Shown here in pieces: positions 40,355 to 54,304 of a stretch of DNA of 64,000 nucleotides; the first letter of the stretch is position 1; the number at the start of each line of letters is the position of its first letter. The position numbers and the translations under genes are program-made. The notes under the pieces were generated by a model. The model saw only the letters and a list, made by a program, of their open reading frames with translations, had not been told where the DNA came from and did not search any database. Source of the DNA: Felis catus (taxonomy: Eukaryota). Where the stretch lies: contig NC_058383.1 in the NCBI RefSeq assembly GCF_018350175.1, positions 28,708,001 through 28,772,000 of the forward strand. Direction: 5' to 3'.

Positions 40355-40860
40355 GCAGAGAGGCTGGAACCCTCACACGTTGCCAGTGGAAGTGGACAAT
40401 GACACAGCCACTTTGAGAGGCAGCCTGGCAGTTTCTCAAAAGGGTAAACACAGTTACTGTAGGACCCAGCAATTCCTATCCTGGCGATGCATCCATGAGA
40501 AATGAAAAAATATGACCCCAGGAAAATGTGTGCACAAATGTTCACAGCAGCAGCCTCCATGAGAGCCAGAAAGGTGGAAACAACGTAAATGTCCATCAAC
40601 AGACGAATGGGTGAACAAAATGTGGCGATATTCTCAGAGTGAAATAGCATTTAGTAATTTTGGAAGTACCGATAGATGCCACAACATGGATAAATCTCAA
40701 AAGATGCCAGTCCTCATAGACCACATGTGTGTTGTATGATTCCATTCGTATGCCATGCCTGGGCTGTAGATCTATACAGAAAGCACATCCATAGAAAGTC
40801 TGTAGAGAAAGGAAGCAGGTAGTGGTTGCCTCGGGCTGGGGGTGAAGGGAGGTGGGGTTC
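40355..40860 (+). mobile_element. Old L1M 3' fragment
   Basis: gacccagcaattcc, aaaggtggaaacaacgtaaatgtccatcaacagacgaatgg, gtatgattccatt. Confidence 0.8.
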
Positions 40861-42677
40861 CAAAGCACAACCATACACTTTCATCATGCAGGGCTGGGGT
40901 TACCATAGACCGTCTCCCATCCAAACTGGTTGTGTTGTTGGGTTTGTTCTGTTTGAAAAGCTCGTGATCGATGTCTGAGGAGGGCATAGCATTCGTAAAG
41001 CAGATCTGGTCGTGTTTGTTTGGCGTCTACAGTAAATACAGATGGGGCACAATAGAGTGAATTGTCAGTAGAACCCCTCCTGGCTTAGGGAGAAGTGACT
41101 ATGGAATTAAGAATGTAAGTATGAGTCTGGGCTTTAAGGTTTCATCTCTGTAACGATGAAGGAACGTATCATTGGTTCCAACACACACCATCACACAACA
41201 GACACTACCACCATTCCAGTGTGCACGTACATCCAGGTTTATAGTCCTAGCTGCACCCCTTGCTGGGTCATGACCTCAGCCAAGTCACTTCTCTCCATGT
41301 TGCTGACATAGCTCCAAGATCCCGGATGGTCTATTTATTGCCATATCCAATAGCACCATTTCTGTCATCATCCTACTCAGTCTCTTAAAAAAAAAAAAAA
41401 AATGCAACCTTGTGAGCCAGACCCTACTCTCAACTCCCACTCCACCTGGCTTCCAAGATTGCTCTCTCCTGGTCCTCCCGGTTCCAGCCCCCGCTGTTCC
41501 GTCTCCCTCACGAGCTCCTTCTCCATTGCTCACCCCCTTCGGTAATGGTTCCCCAGTGCTTAGCCTCTGCCATCTCTTCTCTTCACATTCTTCACCCCTT
41601 CCTAGGTAAAACTATCCTTTTTTTTTGTGGCCTCACCATCAGTGGCTTCCAAGCTCCATCTCCGGCCCCTGTTCCTCCAGTGTGCTCCCTCTACCCCACC
41701 TCTTGGAAATTCCCAGAAGTTTTGGAGAAATTGATAAGAGGGAAATGGATTTGAAGAGAAAATAGAGTTAAAGAGAGTTTCAGAAGGCACACTGTGTCTG
41801 TTCTTCAAGGAGGCTTAGGAGAGAGAAAAGAAGCTGTGGAAATATGTGCCCAACCCCTCACACCTGAAATCCTGCATCTGTTAGAGAGCAGGGACTGTTG
41901 CTTCTGCATGAAATGCTCGAGGAGATGGGATCAACTGTTTTGGCCCACACTGGGACGTGATACTCTTATGGAAGGCACCAAGTCTAGTGCCTGGGTAGGG
42001 TACGGAGGGAGTCAGAAAAATCCCAGGGTGTGTGGGGACTTTCCCTGTGCTATGGTGCTTTTTGTTTTTTTAAAGCTGACATTCATTGAGCGGTGACTAC
42101 ATACTGGGCACTTTACAAGACCTACCCATCTTCACGCTATATTCTGAATATCCTGAGACGGGGGCTTTTCGTTCAGAGAGGCCCTCACTAATAAGTAAGT
42201 AAACCACTTACTAACAAGTGCAGGACCTGTACACAGTCTCAGCCAGCCAGTCTCGGAGGCCAAACACTTACCCACAGTTCATACCACCTCTCAAAGCTTT
42301 CCTTCCTTCTCAAGGAATCACCATGGCAATGGCGGGAAAAGGGGTGTATAACCTCAGTCTGAACATGTTCACAATCAGACTCCTTAGATCTCTCTCCCAA
42401 ACCTGCTCGACCTGAATTAGAAATCTCACATGCTTCCTCAGTACCTTATTCTTAAATATTCCACAGTCTCCCCCACACATAGTCAGTCACCAAATCCTAC
42501 TGATGCTACCTTAGGAATCTCTCCCAAATCCAACAGTGCCCCCCCCCCCATTCCCACTGCCTTGCTTTAGGTCAGTTCTGCATCATCTTTGACTTAGACT
42601 ATTGCAAAAATCATCTTCTCTGTTTTCCCCCCACTAGAGACCATTCTCCACACTGCTTCTAAAATTATCTTGAAACA

Positions 42678-42864
42678 GGGGCGCCTGGGTGGCACAGTCG
42701 GTTAAGCGTCCGACTTCAGCTAGGTCACGATCTCGCGGTCCGTGAGTTCGAGCCCCGCGTCAGGCTCTGGGCTGATGGCTCGGAGCCTGGAGCCTGTTTC
42801 CGATCTGTGTCTCCCTCTCTCTCTGCCCCTCCCCCGTTCATGCTCTGTCTCTCTCTGTCCCAAA

Positions 42865-42899
<35 letters not shown>

Positions 42900-42903
42900 A
42901 TGT
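42678..42903 (+). mobile_element. Young felid SINE with (AAAT)n tail
   Basis: TSD aaaattatcttgaaaca. Confidence 0.95.
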
Positions 42904-44727
42904 TAAAATTATCTTGAAACATACACACATCCAATGCCACTCATGTGGTTAAAAACCTCCATTGGATTCCCGCTGCCTGTAGAATAATTTACATAACCAG
43001 TCTTCCTTGGTTTTAAGGAAATCAGGTTATCCCCAGCTTCTTGAGATTATCAAGAAAACTGTGAGGAAAATCTCGCAGTTAAAACTTGGTAGACATCTTT
43101 TATTTCCTTAGGATGAATTCCTAACAGTATAACTGCTGAGTCAGAGGATATGTGTATTGTGAAAAGCATCTGATGCCTTGTATTAAACCATCCTCCAGAA
43201 ATGTCATGCCAAGTTATATTCACCAGAAGCCTGTACTGCAACTTACTACAATTCACATGTTTACAGGAGTATATCCGTGGAGTATAAATGTGCTCTGTGC
43301 ACTTTCAAATAATCAGAGCTGGAGTATCAAATGGCACAGAGTAGATACTCAGTACACGTTTGTTGAATGAATGAGTGAACAGAGTAAATGGAAGAAAAGT
43401 CCACTAAATGCTCCCTGATTTGTATATAGCTTTCATAAGCATATCATAACCCAACTGCTCTGGGCTGTGTCTTCATTCGCCTGACTGTTTCACGTGGAAT
43501 CGTTCAGAAGCATCCCTTTGTACACGGGGCTGATATTTTTGGATGCTCCACCATCCTGCTCCATCCAAGGAGCGAAATCCTTGCGTCCTATCCACACGAA
43601 CTATGTAGGTACGGGCTCAATTCTACTGTCTTCAAATTTCCATCATCACCTAGGTGGGTTAGTACTCTTTGCAAAAGAGTTGACATAAACGAGGTAGCAA
43701 ACTTAGTAGAGGTGCTGAAAGTTGACAGATCTATGTTCCCAGATGCATATATACAACTCTGTTGGACAGCTCCACTAGAATAAATGTCCCAGAAGCACTC
43801 AAAGCCCTTCTCTTCAAAACCAGCCACAGCTGATGACATTTTTGTTCCAGCCAGTCGTGCAAGCCAGAAAAATGTGTATTTTGACCTACAAATCTTGCTG
43901 ATATTAGCCTGAATGCATCTATATTAATTAAGCTATAGTTTATCCCTTCCTCTCTGTTTCTACTATCATTGAACTAATTTGGGCTCCAGTGATCTCTTCC
44001 CTGGATGCGATAGACATTTAGCATTTACCCTTTTAACAAATGTTTGTTAGCACACATTCTATGCCAAAGAATGCCCTAGATTCCAGGGTTCAGCCATGAA
44101 GAAGTGTTGTTCAGTAGTTGGCAGAAACTGTGGGCTGATGCAGGTGGCCAATGCATAATATATCACCTTCTTGGAGATTCATGATGAATATTAGCATCTT
44201 AGAAGCTCTGAGAACTGTTGAGTTTTGTGTAACCCTGTGTTTCCCACACTTCTCTGAACAAAGAACCCTCTTGTCAGATAAGAGCTATGAAGTTCTTAAA
44301 ACCAGATCTCAAAAAGCACATACTGGGAAATCCTCATGAGAAGGAACATAAAGGTTTCAACCAAGAGCTTATTATATTTATTTCCCTGGGGATGCCCTAG
44401 TTTGCTAGGTTCTGTCTATAAACAAGCTGCTTTTGCGAATATGTGGTTTCCCTGTTTTATGAAACAAATACGTATGTAACTGGCCATCTGCAAAGAGTGC
44501 TGTGGTAGAGGTAAGCAACAAATGCCAAGAAGCACTGGTTTAGATGAAGAAGGTGACACATGAGGCTTCCAGGAGGAGGTGACATTTGAGTTAAGTTTTG
44601 AGGTGTGAATAGGAGTTCATCAGGTGAAGAGTGAAAGATTTCCAGGCAGCTGGAGCAGCAAGTGTAAAGACACAGATGTGTGGGTCTAATGAGTTTGGGG
44701 AGGTGCAAACAAAAGTGGCCACTCTTG

Positions 44728-44960
44728 GTGCACCCGGGTGGCTCAGTCGGTCAAGCATCCAACTTCGGCTCAGGTCATGATCTCATGGTTCATGAGTTTG
44801 AGCCCCATGTTGGGCTCTGTACTGACAGCTGGGAGCCTGGAGCCTGCTTCGGATTCTGTGTCTCCTTCTCTCTCTGCCCATCCGCTGCTCACGCTCTGTC
44901 TCTTTCTCTCTGTCTCTCAAAAAATAAAAAATAAACATTAAACATTAAAAAAATTTTTTT
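44728..44960 (+). mobile_element. CanSINE
   Basis: Full SINE body. Confidence 0.9.
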
Positions 44961-45081
44961 TAGGTAGCTCCTATTTTGAGAGCTTGCTGTATGCCAGGCT
45001 CTGAGCTCTGGGTTCTGTGCACACTACAAGCCTATGAGATAGCTTTTCTTATCCACCCACACGCATGCCTTTTTTCCCCTT

Positions 45082-45296
45082 CTTTTTTTTTAAAGTTTAT
45101 TTATTTAGAGAGAGACAGAGACAGCATGAGTGGGGGAGGGGCCAAGAGAGAGGGAGAAGAGAGAGAATCCCAAGCAGGCTCTGCACCGTCAGCACAGAGC
45201 TCGACACGGGGCTCAAACTCACCAAACTGTGAGATCATGACCTGAGCCGAAACCAAGAGTCGGACACTTAGCCCATTGAGCCACCCAGGCACCTCT
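45082..45296 (-). mobile_element. CanSINE
   Basis: Full SINE body. Confidence 0.9.
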
Positions 45297-46205
45297 CCCC
45301 TCCTTTTTAACAGATGAAGACACAGCCTCGGTGAGATTAAGTGAGGTTCCCAAAGTCACATAGGTGGTGCCAGATATTGAACCCAAGTCTTTGTGCCCCT
45401 AAGGCCCATGTGCTCAACCACTGAGCTATCCTGCAACTGAGCTGCTGTATGCGTACAAGTCCAGGGCCAGCACGGGCAGAAAAGAGCCACATTTGCTTCC
45501 CAGGTCAAAGGAACTTGGAGATTATCCAGAAGGCCACAAGGAACCATTGAAGGAACGATTGATTTTTAGCAGGGAAGAGACATAGTCAGTACTTCTGAAA
45601 TATCCTATGATGTTACAGGGGAGAATGGGTTGGAGGAGCGGAAGTGACATAAAATCAGAGGCAGGGGCATCAGTTGGGAAGCTCTAGTGGTAAGATACAA
45701 AAGTGCTTCTCAAAGTTTAATGTGCTCAAGTGGACATTCTGATCCAGATGGTCTTGGATGAGGTTCTGAGGTGTGAGATGTTGCCACGTGATGTTGAGCA
45801 GCAAGGCTCTACGTGAGAAATGTCGGGGGCTTGAAATGAACAATGGTACTGAGATCCAGTGGAGGGGATGGACCCAAGTGACGTGAAAGGGACAGGACTT
45901 GTTGACCAAGTTAGCACGGGGTGGCCACTGTCAGCTGACATAGCTCTTATGAATGGCAAAGAAGCAATGTTTGAATTAATCTAGGCGGCTCTACTTGAAA
46001 GTGACAGCTTTCCTCTCAGTTCCCTGTATTGTTGTCAAGGACCCATGGAAATATTGGGACCCTTGGGTTAGGATTCTCTGGCAATGTATATTTTTCAGAA
46101 GCATAAGATAAAATAGAAAACATTTATTCGGCGTATGTCATGAGCTAGTCACTCCATGCATGCATCTGAACACGTTATACCTCCTTCTGGACTATCTCCA
46201 TGCCT

Positions 46206-46209
<4 letters not shown>

Positions 46210-46246
<37 letters not shown>

Positions 46247-46297
46247 GCGCGCGCACACACACACACGCGCGCGCACACACATGCGCGCGCACACACG
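46210..46297. repeat. Interleaved (AC)n/(GC)n microsatellite
   Basis: Directly visible. Confidence 0.97.
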
Positions 46298-46529
46298 TAC
46301 ACAGGAGTTGATCATTCCTTCCTTTGTGTCGCTACTGTACTTTTCACCTACCTTTTACACTACATTAAAACTGCAGGAAGTACAGTCCTAGAAAAGGTGA
46401 GGATTTGGGAGTCATCAGAACTTTGGTTCAAGTCACAGTTCTGGCGTGTATTGGCTTAGTGATGAAGACAAATACTCTCGTTCTCTCAGCTCTGAAAATG
46501 GGCGCGAGATTTACTATGAGATCATGTGT

Positions 46530-47010
46530 GATGCTCTCCTTCAAGTCACAGGAAACCTAATTCACAGTGCTTTCAAAAACAAAAAACAAAAAACGTCAGA
46601 TTTACCAGCTATGGTAACAGAGAAGACCAGAGATAAGGTAGGCTCTTGGCATGGGTTGGTCCAGAAATTGTGAAATCATCAGAGTTCCTCTGCGATTCTG
46701 GCAGTAATATTTGCCTCTTTCTTTGCCCTCCCCTCGTGCTAATAAAAACGTGTTATAGGCCTCAAATGGGTATTAACACTCCAACCAGAAAATGAGAGCA
46801 TGCCTTTGTCTTGGGTTTCCCAGCAGGTTAGGAGGTTCACTCTAATTGGCCCTTGGTGGGTCACATGGCCATTTCTGAACCAATCACTAGTCAGGGGCAG
46901 GAAATGTACAGATCAGCTTAGCTGTGGGCCTGTGCTCCATTGCCTGATCCAGGAATGGACTGACTTACTACCCCTGAGCGTTCCCAGTAGAAACTGGGCG
47001 CTGTAGGGGA
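46530..47010 (-). mobile_element. Old MaLR LTR (MLT1-type)
   Basis: ctctaattggccc...ggtcacatggccatttctgaaccaatcact is a characteristic MLT1 motif. Confidence 0.6.
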
Positions 47011-48478
47011 GGAGGGTGGGAGATGAATGCTAGCAACTATTCAGCACGCCATGCCCATTAGCACATTATGTAAAGGGCGTAGCACAGAGCCTTGGCTGCA
47101 GTCCGTGGGCACGCATTAAGCTGTAGCTCTAACTGGCTTACAGGTCTGTCTGCTGAGAGCGGGATCCTTTCTTCTTTTACCCCAGCCAGTCCCTCGGTTT
47201 TCCTATACTGGCTGGGCCATAGCTGAAATATTTGTTGAATTCATGTGAATGATTGGAGCGGGAACTACAAAGTGATAAAGTTATAGAAACTATTTCACCC
47301 AGAAGAAAAGAGGATTGCCTGACTTCAGGGAACCTGAAAACATAAGCTCTTGCTGGTTCATGGCATTAGTAAAATAAACAAGCTGGATACACCTGAATTA
47401 TAGACTGGGATTAAAAACAGGATATATTCCGGTCTGTATTTTAGTGGTCTGCTCTAATTTTTTGTCAATTCAGAAAAGAAATGCTAAGTAAAGGATCATG
47501 GGATGCTTTGCCTGTCGTGAGAGTAGAAAGGGAAAAGATTAGTCTTTTTCTTTTCCCCACTTAACATCTATTCCAGAAGCATCCTTTGTGCACACAATAT
47601 GTAATCCCCTACTACACCAGAAAATACATTTCAAGAGAAAGGCTCATCGATCACTTCGTGGATCTTAAGAATCAATCTCTGTCTATTAAAAAATATACTA
47701 ACATTGATCGGTCCTATTACGTTCCAGGTACCGTCCTTCAAATTTGAACACAGTTAATCTCATTTAATCCCGAGTAGTTTGAGGCTGTGAAAGGTTGAGT
47801 TGCTTCCCAACGATCACACAAGCAGTAAATAAAGAAGGAGGTACTGAGAGTCACTTGCTTCATCATCCCTGTTCTTATTATTAGAAAAGATTTCCTTGTA
47901 TAAACCTCAGGGACTTTACAAAGGAAATATTGGATTACCGTAATGTGACTCATCAGTCCGATTTAATATTACCTATTCATTATAATGTAATGATGCTTGC
48001 ATAACAGGAAATGTTGTTGTATTTCCCCCTCCGGCTCTGTAGCAGCCATACATAGACCACAGAACCATACGCATGGGCTAATTATATGACCTACATACGC
48101 AATCAATATTAAGAAAATTTTCAACTGCTCATATTTATGTGGTTGAAAATATATGGTCTAATTTTGGTCAGCAGTAGCATCTAGGTAATGCTGACTCAGA
48201 AGGAAAACATGTGTTGTTGCCATGAGAAATGGAATAGAAAATCTGAATCATACTGTACCACATCAAATGTTACCACTATTAATATACCATGCGCTCAATA
48301 GTGAGCAAGATGGAATTAGACCATCTCTGACCAAGAGGTTCCTCATTACACCAGCAGACAGATGCAAGAAATACTGTCACAGCCCTGTGTCACTTCATCG
48401 TATTTTGTTCTTTACCAACTAAGCCAATAAGCAATTGGTATTCTGGCCAATGTCACCAGCATAACATATCATCAAAAA

Positions 48479-49200
48479 CAGGGATCGCAAACTCGTGGCT
48501 ACAGGGCCAGGTAGGTAATGGAAATAAATACTTCGGGCAGACTGTAAGAGTACAAGGTATGAAGTTGATGGTGAACTTTCTAATGGAAGCGAATACTATC
48601 TCACACAATGCTTAATGGAAGACCACAGCAACCATGAGGCCAAATCTTCCCATTTTTCAAGAGATCCCAGAAACTCATCTTTTTTGATAATGTTTATTTA
48701 TTCTGGAGAGAGTGGGAGACAGAGCACAAGCGGAGGAAGGTCAGAGAGAGGGAGGCACAGAATCTGAAGCAGGCTCCGGCTCCGAGCTGTCAGCACAGAG
48801 CCCAGTGTGGGGCTCAAACTCACAAACCGTGAGTTCATGACCTGAGCTGAAGTCAGACGCTTAACTGACTGAGCCACCCAGGCACCCAAAAAAACTCATA
48901 TTTTTAAAATATTTTTTCATGTTTGTTTATTTTTGGGAGTGAGAGACAGAGCATGAGTGGGGGAGGGGCAGGGAGAGAGGGAGACACAGAATCTGAAACA
49001 GGCTCCAGGCTCTGAGCTGTCAGCACAGAGCCCGATGTGGGGCTTGAACCCGTGAACTGCAAGATCATGACCTGACCCGAAGTCAGATGCTTAACCAACT
49101 GAGCCACCCAGGCGCCCCTAAACTCATATTTTTAATATAAAATTTCCCAAGACTTCAAACCTTGTGGGTGCCATAAAAAGTCACTCTCACCCGCAAGCAT
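48479..49200. mobile_element. MER102-like hAT element interrupted by two SINEs
   Basis: cagggatcgcaaactc...ctacagggccaggtaggtaa...ccaaatcttcccatttttcaagaga. Confidence 0.55.
48680..49118 (-). mobile_element. Two tandem CanSINEs (about 48680-48888 and 48909-49118)
   Basis: Three copies of target aaactcat(c/a)ttttt flank the two bodies. Confidence 0.92.
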
Positions 49201-49379
49201 CTATTAAAAGACTTCTGGTACACCTCTCATCTCTTCTTCTTTTGTCTGGAAGGCTAAACTTGCTTAACTTCCAGTTTTCCTTTTGAGATCAGAGTCTCTG
49301 GTACATGCTATGTCTGTTTATTTGAGACATCAGAAAACTTTAAATCAATTTTTAAATAAACTATTGCTGCTTGTGGTTT

Positions 49380-49630
49380 TAATTCACTCATTCAGCCAAA
49401 AATATCCATTGAGTACCCATTGTATGCCAGGTGTTCTTCTGAGAACTTGACATACATCAGTGGGCAAAATAGACAAAGAACCCTGCCCACCTGGAGACTG
49501 AGGGAGGAGAATGGGAGAGACATACAATAAGCAATAAATGTAAAAAATAAGCATATAGGATAATAAAAGATGTTATGTGCCATAGAAAAATAATGTAGAT
49601 CAGAGTAAGGAGTATTGGGAGAGTACGGGG
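49380..49630 (-). mobile_element. L2 3' fragment
   Basis: attcactcattcag...attgagtacccattgtatgccagg...agacaaagaaccctgccc. Confidence 0.7.
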
Positions 49631-49649
49631 GAAAGGGGACTGGTGACCA

Positions 49650-49806
49650 TTTTTTAATTTATTTTGATTTATTTTAAATAAATAAATGTTATTTATTAAA
49701 TACATTTACTTATTATTTATTTATTTTGGTTTATTTTGAGAGAGAGAGGGAGCGAGAGTATGCATGGGGGAGGGGCAGACCGAGAGGGAGAGAAAGAATC
49801 CCAAGT
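49650..49806 (-). mobile_element. 5'-truncated CanSINE with long AT-rich tail
   Basis: TSD tgg(t/c)gaccatttt. Confidence 0.8.
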
Positions 49807-49932
49807 TGGCGACCATTTTAAGTAGGGCGGTAGGGGTAGACGACCTTAATGGGAAGATGCCTCAGAGCAAAGAATTGGAGAATTTGAGAGAATTGGCCAT
49901 GTTATCTAAGGGAAGAGCCCGTGCAAACACCC

Positions 49933-50397
49933 TGTGGTATCCAGCCTCCAAGATGGCCCCCAATGATCCCTGCCTCTGGGTATTCGTACCCTGAAGGGCT
50001 GGATTTGGAAGAGTCTAGAATAGAGTGTGGCAGAAGGGTGTCTTGAAAACGAAGTCATAAAAAGCATGCGTGGGCATTCTCCCAAGTGCCTTTCCTTTGG
50101 ACCTGGCACTCTGCCGGGAGCTGCCCTATGGAGGGGTTCACGTGGTGAGGACCTGAGGCCTCCAACCCCCAGTCATGTGAGCGAGTTGGGAAGCACATCC
50201 TCCAGCCCCAGTCAGTCTTGTCCGCAGACCGCAGCCTCAGCTGACGTATCAGCTCATGAGAGACCCTGAGCCAGAACCGCCCAGCTAAGCCCGTCCCAGA
50301 TTTCTGACCCACAGAAACTCCGTGAAGGAATCGGTGTTTGTTGTTTTAATTACGTCTGGGGGCAATTCGCTCCACAGCAACAAGGGTAGCAAACGTG
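49933..50397 (+). mobile_element. MaLR solo LTR (MLT1F-like)
   Basis: tgtgg...cagcctccaagatggcccccaatgatcc...cccagctaagcc...ctgacccacagaaact. Confidence 0.85.
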
Positions 50398-50880
50398 CCA
50401 CCTTCACTACAGACGATAGAATTATGTGTGCTGAGCTGCAGATGACCAGGAAACCTGCTACTGTTTTTTAAGACATTTACATTGCTTCGTTTTAAGCTTC
50501 TGAAATTTTTTTCTATTTTTAAGCCATGCCTTTTTGTGCGTACACATATATGTATGTGTATATATTTGAAGGGCACGCACATTTCAAGCTTCAAACATTC
50601 GTCTAAGCCCTTAGAAAGGTCAGAGTGCTGTCAGCACTGTGCTCACAGTGCCCACAAGACAAAATATCCTGGAACTAGCTTCTTTGTACCCGGATAGGTA
50701 AGCCATTATTGTGTACAACTTCTCGACTTCGTACACTTGACATTTGGGGCCAGACGATGCTCTGTCGTGGGGGCTGTCTGTGCACAGCAGGGTATCAAGC
50801 GGCATCATGGCCTCTCCTGCTAGCGGCCAGGTTGTGACGACCAGAACTGTCTCCAAATATTACCAAATAACCCCTGGGTT

Positions 50881-51306
50881 TAGGGTTGCCAGATAAAACA
50901 CAGAACTTCCGGTTAAACATGCATGTCCGGGGCGCCTGGGTGGCTCACTTGGTTAAGCATCTGGCTCTTGGTTTCAGCTCAGGTCACGATCTCACAGTTG
51001 TGGGTTCATATCCTGCATCGGGCTCTCTTGCTGTCTGCGCACAGCCCATTTCACATCCTCTGTCCCCCCCCCCCCCGTTCCTCCCCTGCTCACATGCTGT
51101 CGCTCTCTCTCTTTCTCTCAATAATAAATAAACATTAGAAAACATAATAAAATAAAATAAACATACATGTCAGATTAACAGCAAATCATTTTCATTCATA
51201 TGCCCCACATTTGGGGCATATTTAGACTAAAAACTTATTCGTTGTTATCTGAAATTCACATTTAGCTGGGTGTCCTTTATTTTTATTTGCTAAATCTGCC
51301 AACCCT
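50881..51306. mobile_element. MER53-like palindromic MITE containing a SINE
   Basis: Terminal inverted repeats agggttgccagat ... atctgccaaccct. Internal ttattcgttgttatctgaaattca. Confidence 0.85.
50929..51160 (+). mobile_element. CanSINE inside the MER53-like element
   Basis: TSD aaacat(g/a)catgtc. Confidence 0.92.
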
Positions 51307-51824
51307 CCCTCAAGGGCAAAATCATCCCCAGTTGAGGACCATCGTCCTTGATCTTAATTCCCACCCTCCAACGCTCTTCTTGCTTCTCCACTGACTTGAG
51401 GTTTAATGGCATATAAGTTATATAATAACTAGCAAAATCAAAGAAACCCACTTTCTTAAATTTCAGGAACTTTCTATGCACAAATGCAATTAATGCCAAT
51501 GTCAGTACCCACTGACACAGAAATCCACCAACAAGTATTTCTTGAACCCCTTCGGGCAAGGCACTGGGCTGGAGGGATACAGAGCAAATCTCAAACATCA
51601 TCCTTAACTTCAATGAGTTTCGGTTTTGTTGGGAGAAAAAGTAATATACATGAATGAGATGGGCTCACAATACATAATAATATACAATTGTGCAGTTGTG
51701 TGGTACAGACTATAAATGTTCCGAGAGCCAAGAGGGGAGAACTTGAGGCACAGCCAAAACAGGCAGAGATGGCTTTATGGCAAAGTGTTTGGGGTCGGAC
51801 TTTGAGCACCAATCTTATTAAATA

Positions 51825-52031
51825 CTTTTTTTTTAAGTTTATTTATTGAGAGAGACAGAGAGAGAATGAGTGGGAGAGGGGCAGAGAGAGAGAGACACAC
51901 ACACACTGAGGATCTGAAGTGGACCCTGTGCTGACAGCAGGAACCCAATGCAAGGCTCGAACTCACGTACCGCAATATCATGACCTGAGCCAAAGTCTGA
52001 CCCTTAAGTGACTGAGCCACCTAATCGCCCC
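51825..52031 (-). mobile_element. CanSINE
   Basis: TSD ttgagcaccaat. Confidence 0.9.
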
Positions 52032-52862
52032 TTGAGCACCAATTTCAAAACAAACAGTAGCTGCTCAGTTCAATAAATATCTGTTGAATAAATGGATAAA
52101 TGAATGAATGAGCAGTAGGTACTATCGCAAATTTTTTCTAGTCCCCCACCTCCCTGTATTGCATCCATGGCTCTTCCGTAGCTCCAGCAGCTCAGGGGAA
52201 GGAAGATACAGTGAAAAGGTACAGGTAACCCAGATGTCAGTCAACCATTAGCTTCTGGACTTCAAAATGGGCTTTGGAAACTCATCATGGAAGGATGGCT
52301 TGTAAATACCTCTTACAGTCCAGTAATTTACCTCTCAGAATCAAGAGTCAAGTCCCAGAGGGCTCAGGGTATACAATTCCAGCAATGATTAATAGATTTT
52401 GTTGAAAATATGCAGAGACTCCAATTTCCTTGCCCTGGGAGGCAGACAGATAGAGGGAGGTGAAATAGAAGTGGGGGAGACAGAGCAGAGAGTTCCCTGG
52501 GGCTGGAAATAGAGAAACCCCATCTGGGGAGGACTTGAGTCAGCACTGAAATGCTCCGGCTCGCTGGAGTGAGCACCGGACCCCACCAGCAAGGAGGAGC
52601 TAGGTCAGTGTTCAGAGAGAGCCCAGATCACTGCCTAAGACAGCACCAGTCCGGGTCCACGCTCGGGAGCCACAGGGCAGAACTGCCCTGCACACTCACC
52701 TTCCAGCAGGACAGACCCATCTGTGGCTCAGTCGTGGCCCAGCCCACTAAGTCACCCTGTGTGCATAAGCCCCATTTTCTTTTAACAACCTTGGGGGAAA
52801 TAGAGTCTTTAGAACTGATACTGACTAGAGCCAGCACAGGAATGAATATTAACCTAGCCAGA

Positions 52863-52863
52863 A

Positions 52864-52919
<56 letters not shown>
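52863..52919. repeat. (AAAG)n microsatellite
   Basis: Directly visible. Confidence 0.98.
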
Positions 52920-53167
52920 GGACTTATGTGTAGAATTTGAATTAAAAAAGACAAAGACACGATCTCCTAAGAGGGGACACCCCAGCAAATGTCAGATGCT
53001 CTGACAGGACCATAAAGAAACCAGTCCACAGCAATAGGTAGCAATAGTGGAGAGGAATAAAGAAAGGTCGATTTTCCCCTTTAACATTTGTGAGAATTGT
53101 TCATCATTCTTTCTACACATTCACAGTTAAAAATCGCCTCCTCGAGCCTTCACCTTACAAGCGACCA

Positions 53168-53372
53168 TTTTTTAAAAAATGTTTATTTATTCTTTGAAAG
53201 AGAGAGAACAAGAGGGAGATGGGCAGAGAGAGAGGGAGTCAGAAAACACCAGCAGGCTCTGCTCTGTCAGCCAAGAGTCCGACGCGGGGCTCAAACCCAC
53301 GAACTGTGAAATCATGGCCTGAGTCGAAATGAAAAATCAGATGCTCAACCAACTGAGCCACCCAGGCGCCCT
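53168..53372 (-). mobile_element. CanSINE
   Basis: TSD aagcgaccatttt. Confidence 0.9.
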
Positions 53373-53846
53373 TCAAAAGCGACCATTTTATACACTTTTT
53401 TTCACCCTCGTGAAAAGTTTTTCATTGCTTCAGGTAAAAGCATAATTGCTCCAAACGGTTGAGAAATGACTCAAGATGTATATATTGCTTTTTATAATTT
53501 CTCCCAGAGGCTAAAACAAACCGCTTGCGATCATTAACTCGATTCAAAATTTTCACACATCACCTGCGGGAAATCCTCTAACGCTATTCTCACAAATTCA
53601 TTATTGGCCCAAAGCCTGGAAATCGTGGTTCATTTTCATATTATTTATCATTATGGAATAAAAACAGTCTGCAAAAATGTGACAGATTATAATTTCTCCC
53701 TGGTGGGTTTATATCTTACTATTCAGTATATTAATGTAATACTTCTGGTTTCTTTATTAAGACCTCTAAATATTATTCACGTGTTTTCTCTTGCATTCAA
53801 CCCAAGCATAAACTGATTTTTTTTCCTCCTACCTTCCTTTAGTAGC

Positions 53847-53849
53847 AAA

Positions 53850-53888
<39 letters not shown>

Positions 53889-53926
53889 AACTGGCCAAAA
53901 CATACAAGAATCTGTACTGACACAGG

Positions 53927-53976
<50 letters not shown>
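53847..53976. repeat. (AAAT)n at 53847-53889 and (GT)n at 53931-53976
   Basis: Directly visible. Confidence 0.97.
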
Positions 53977-53978
<2 letters not shown>

Positions 53979-54304
53979 CCTGTAAGAACATTCTCCTGAT
54001 CTTCACTTTGGAAGCCTGCTATGAAAGAAATCCAGTGAACAGGAAATATTTTCACTTTGGGTTAGTAGTTTTTGTTTCAATTTTCCAGTTTATAATTCTT
54101 ACACAGAAGACATTCAGATAAAATGATACATGAAAATTCCACAAACCTGAACTCTACGCGTAATTTCACTCCATTTGATCAATCCCCATTCAAATTCGAG
54201 AACTAAAAGGCAAGCGTTGTGTACGAGGAAAGGAATCCTGTCCCCCATCCTCCCAAGTTAACTTCCTGATGGCTACTTGCTATTCCCATTATACCCAGAA
54301 CAGG

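Larger units (their letters stand above)
50710..51340 (-). mobile_element. MER20-like element split by a MER53-like insertion
   Basis: ttctcgacttcg...ttgacatttggggccagac...gtctccaaatattaccaaat resumes as agggcaaaatcatccccagttgaggacca after 51306. Confidence 0.75.
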
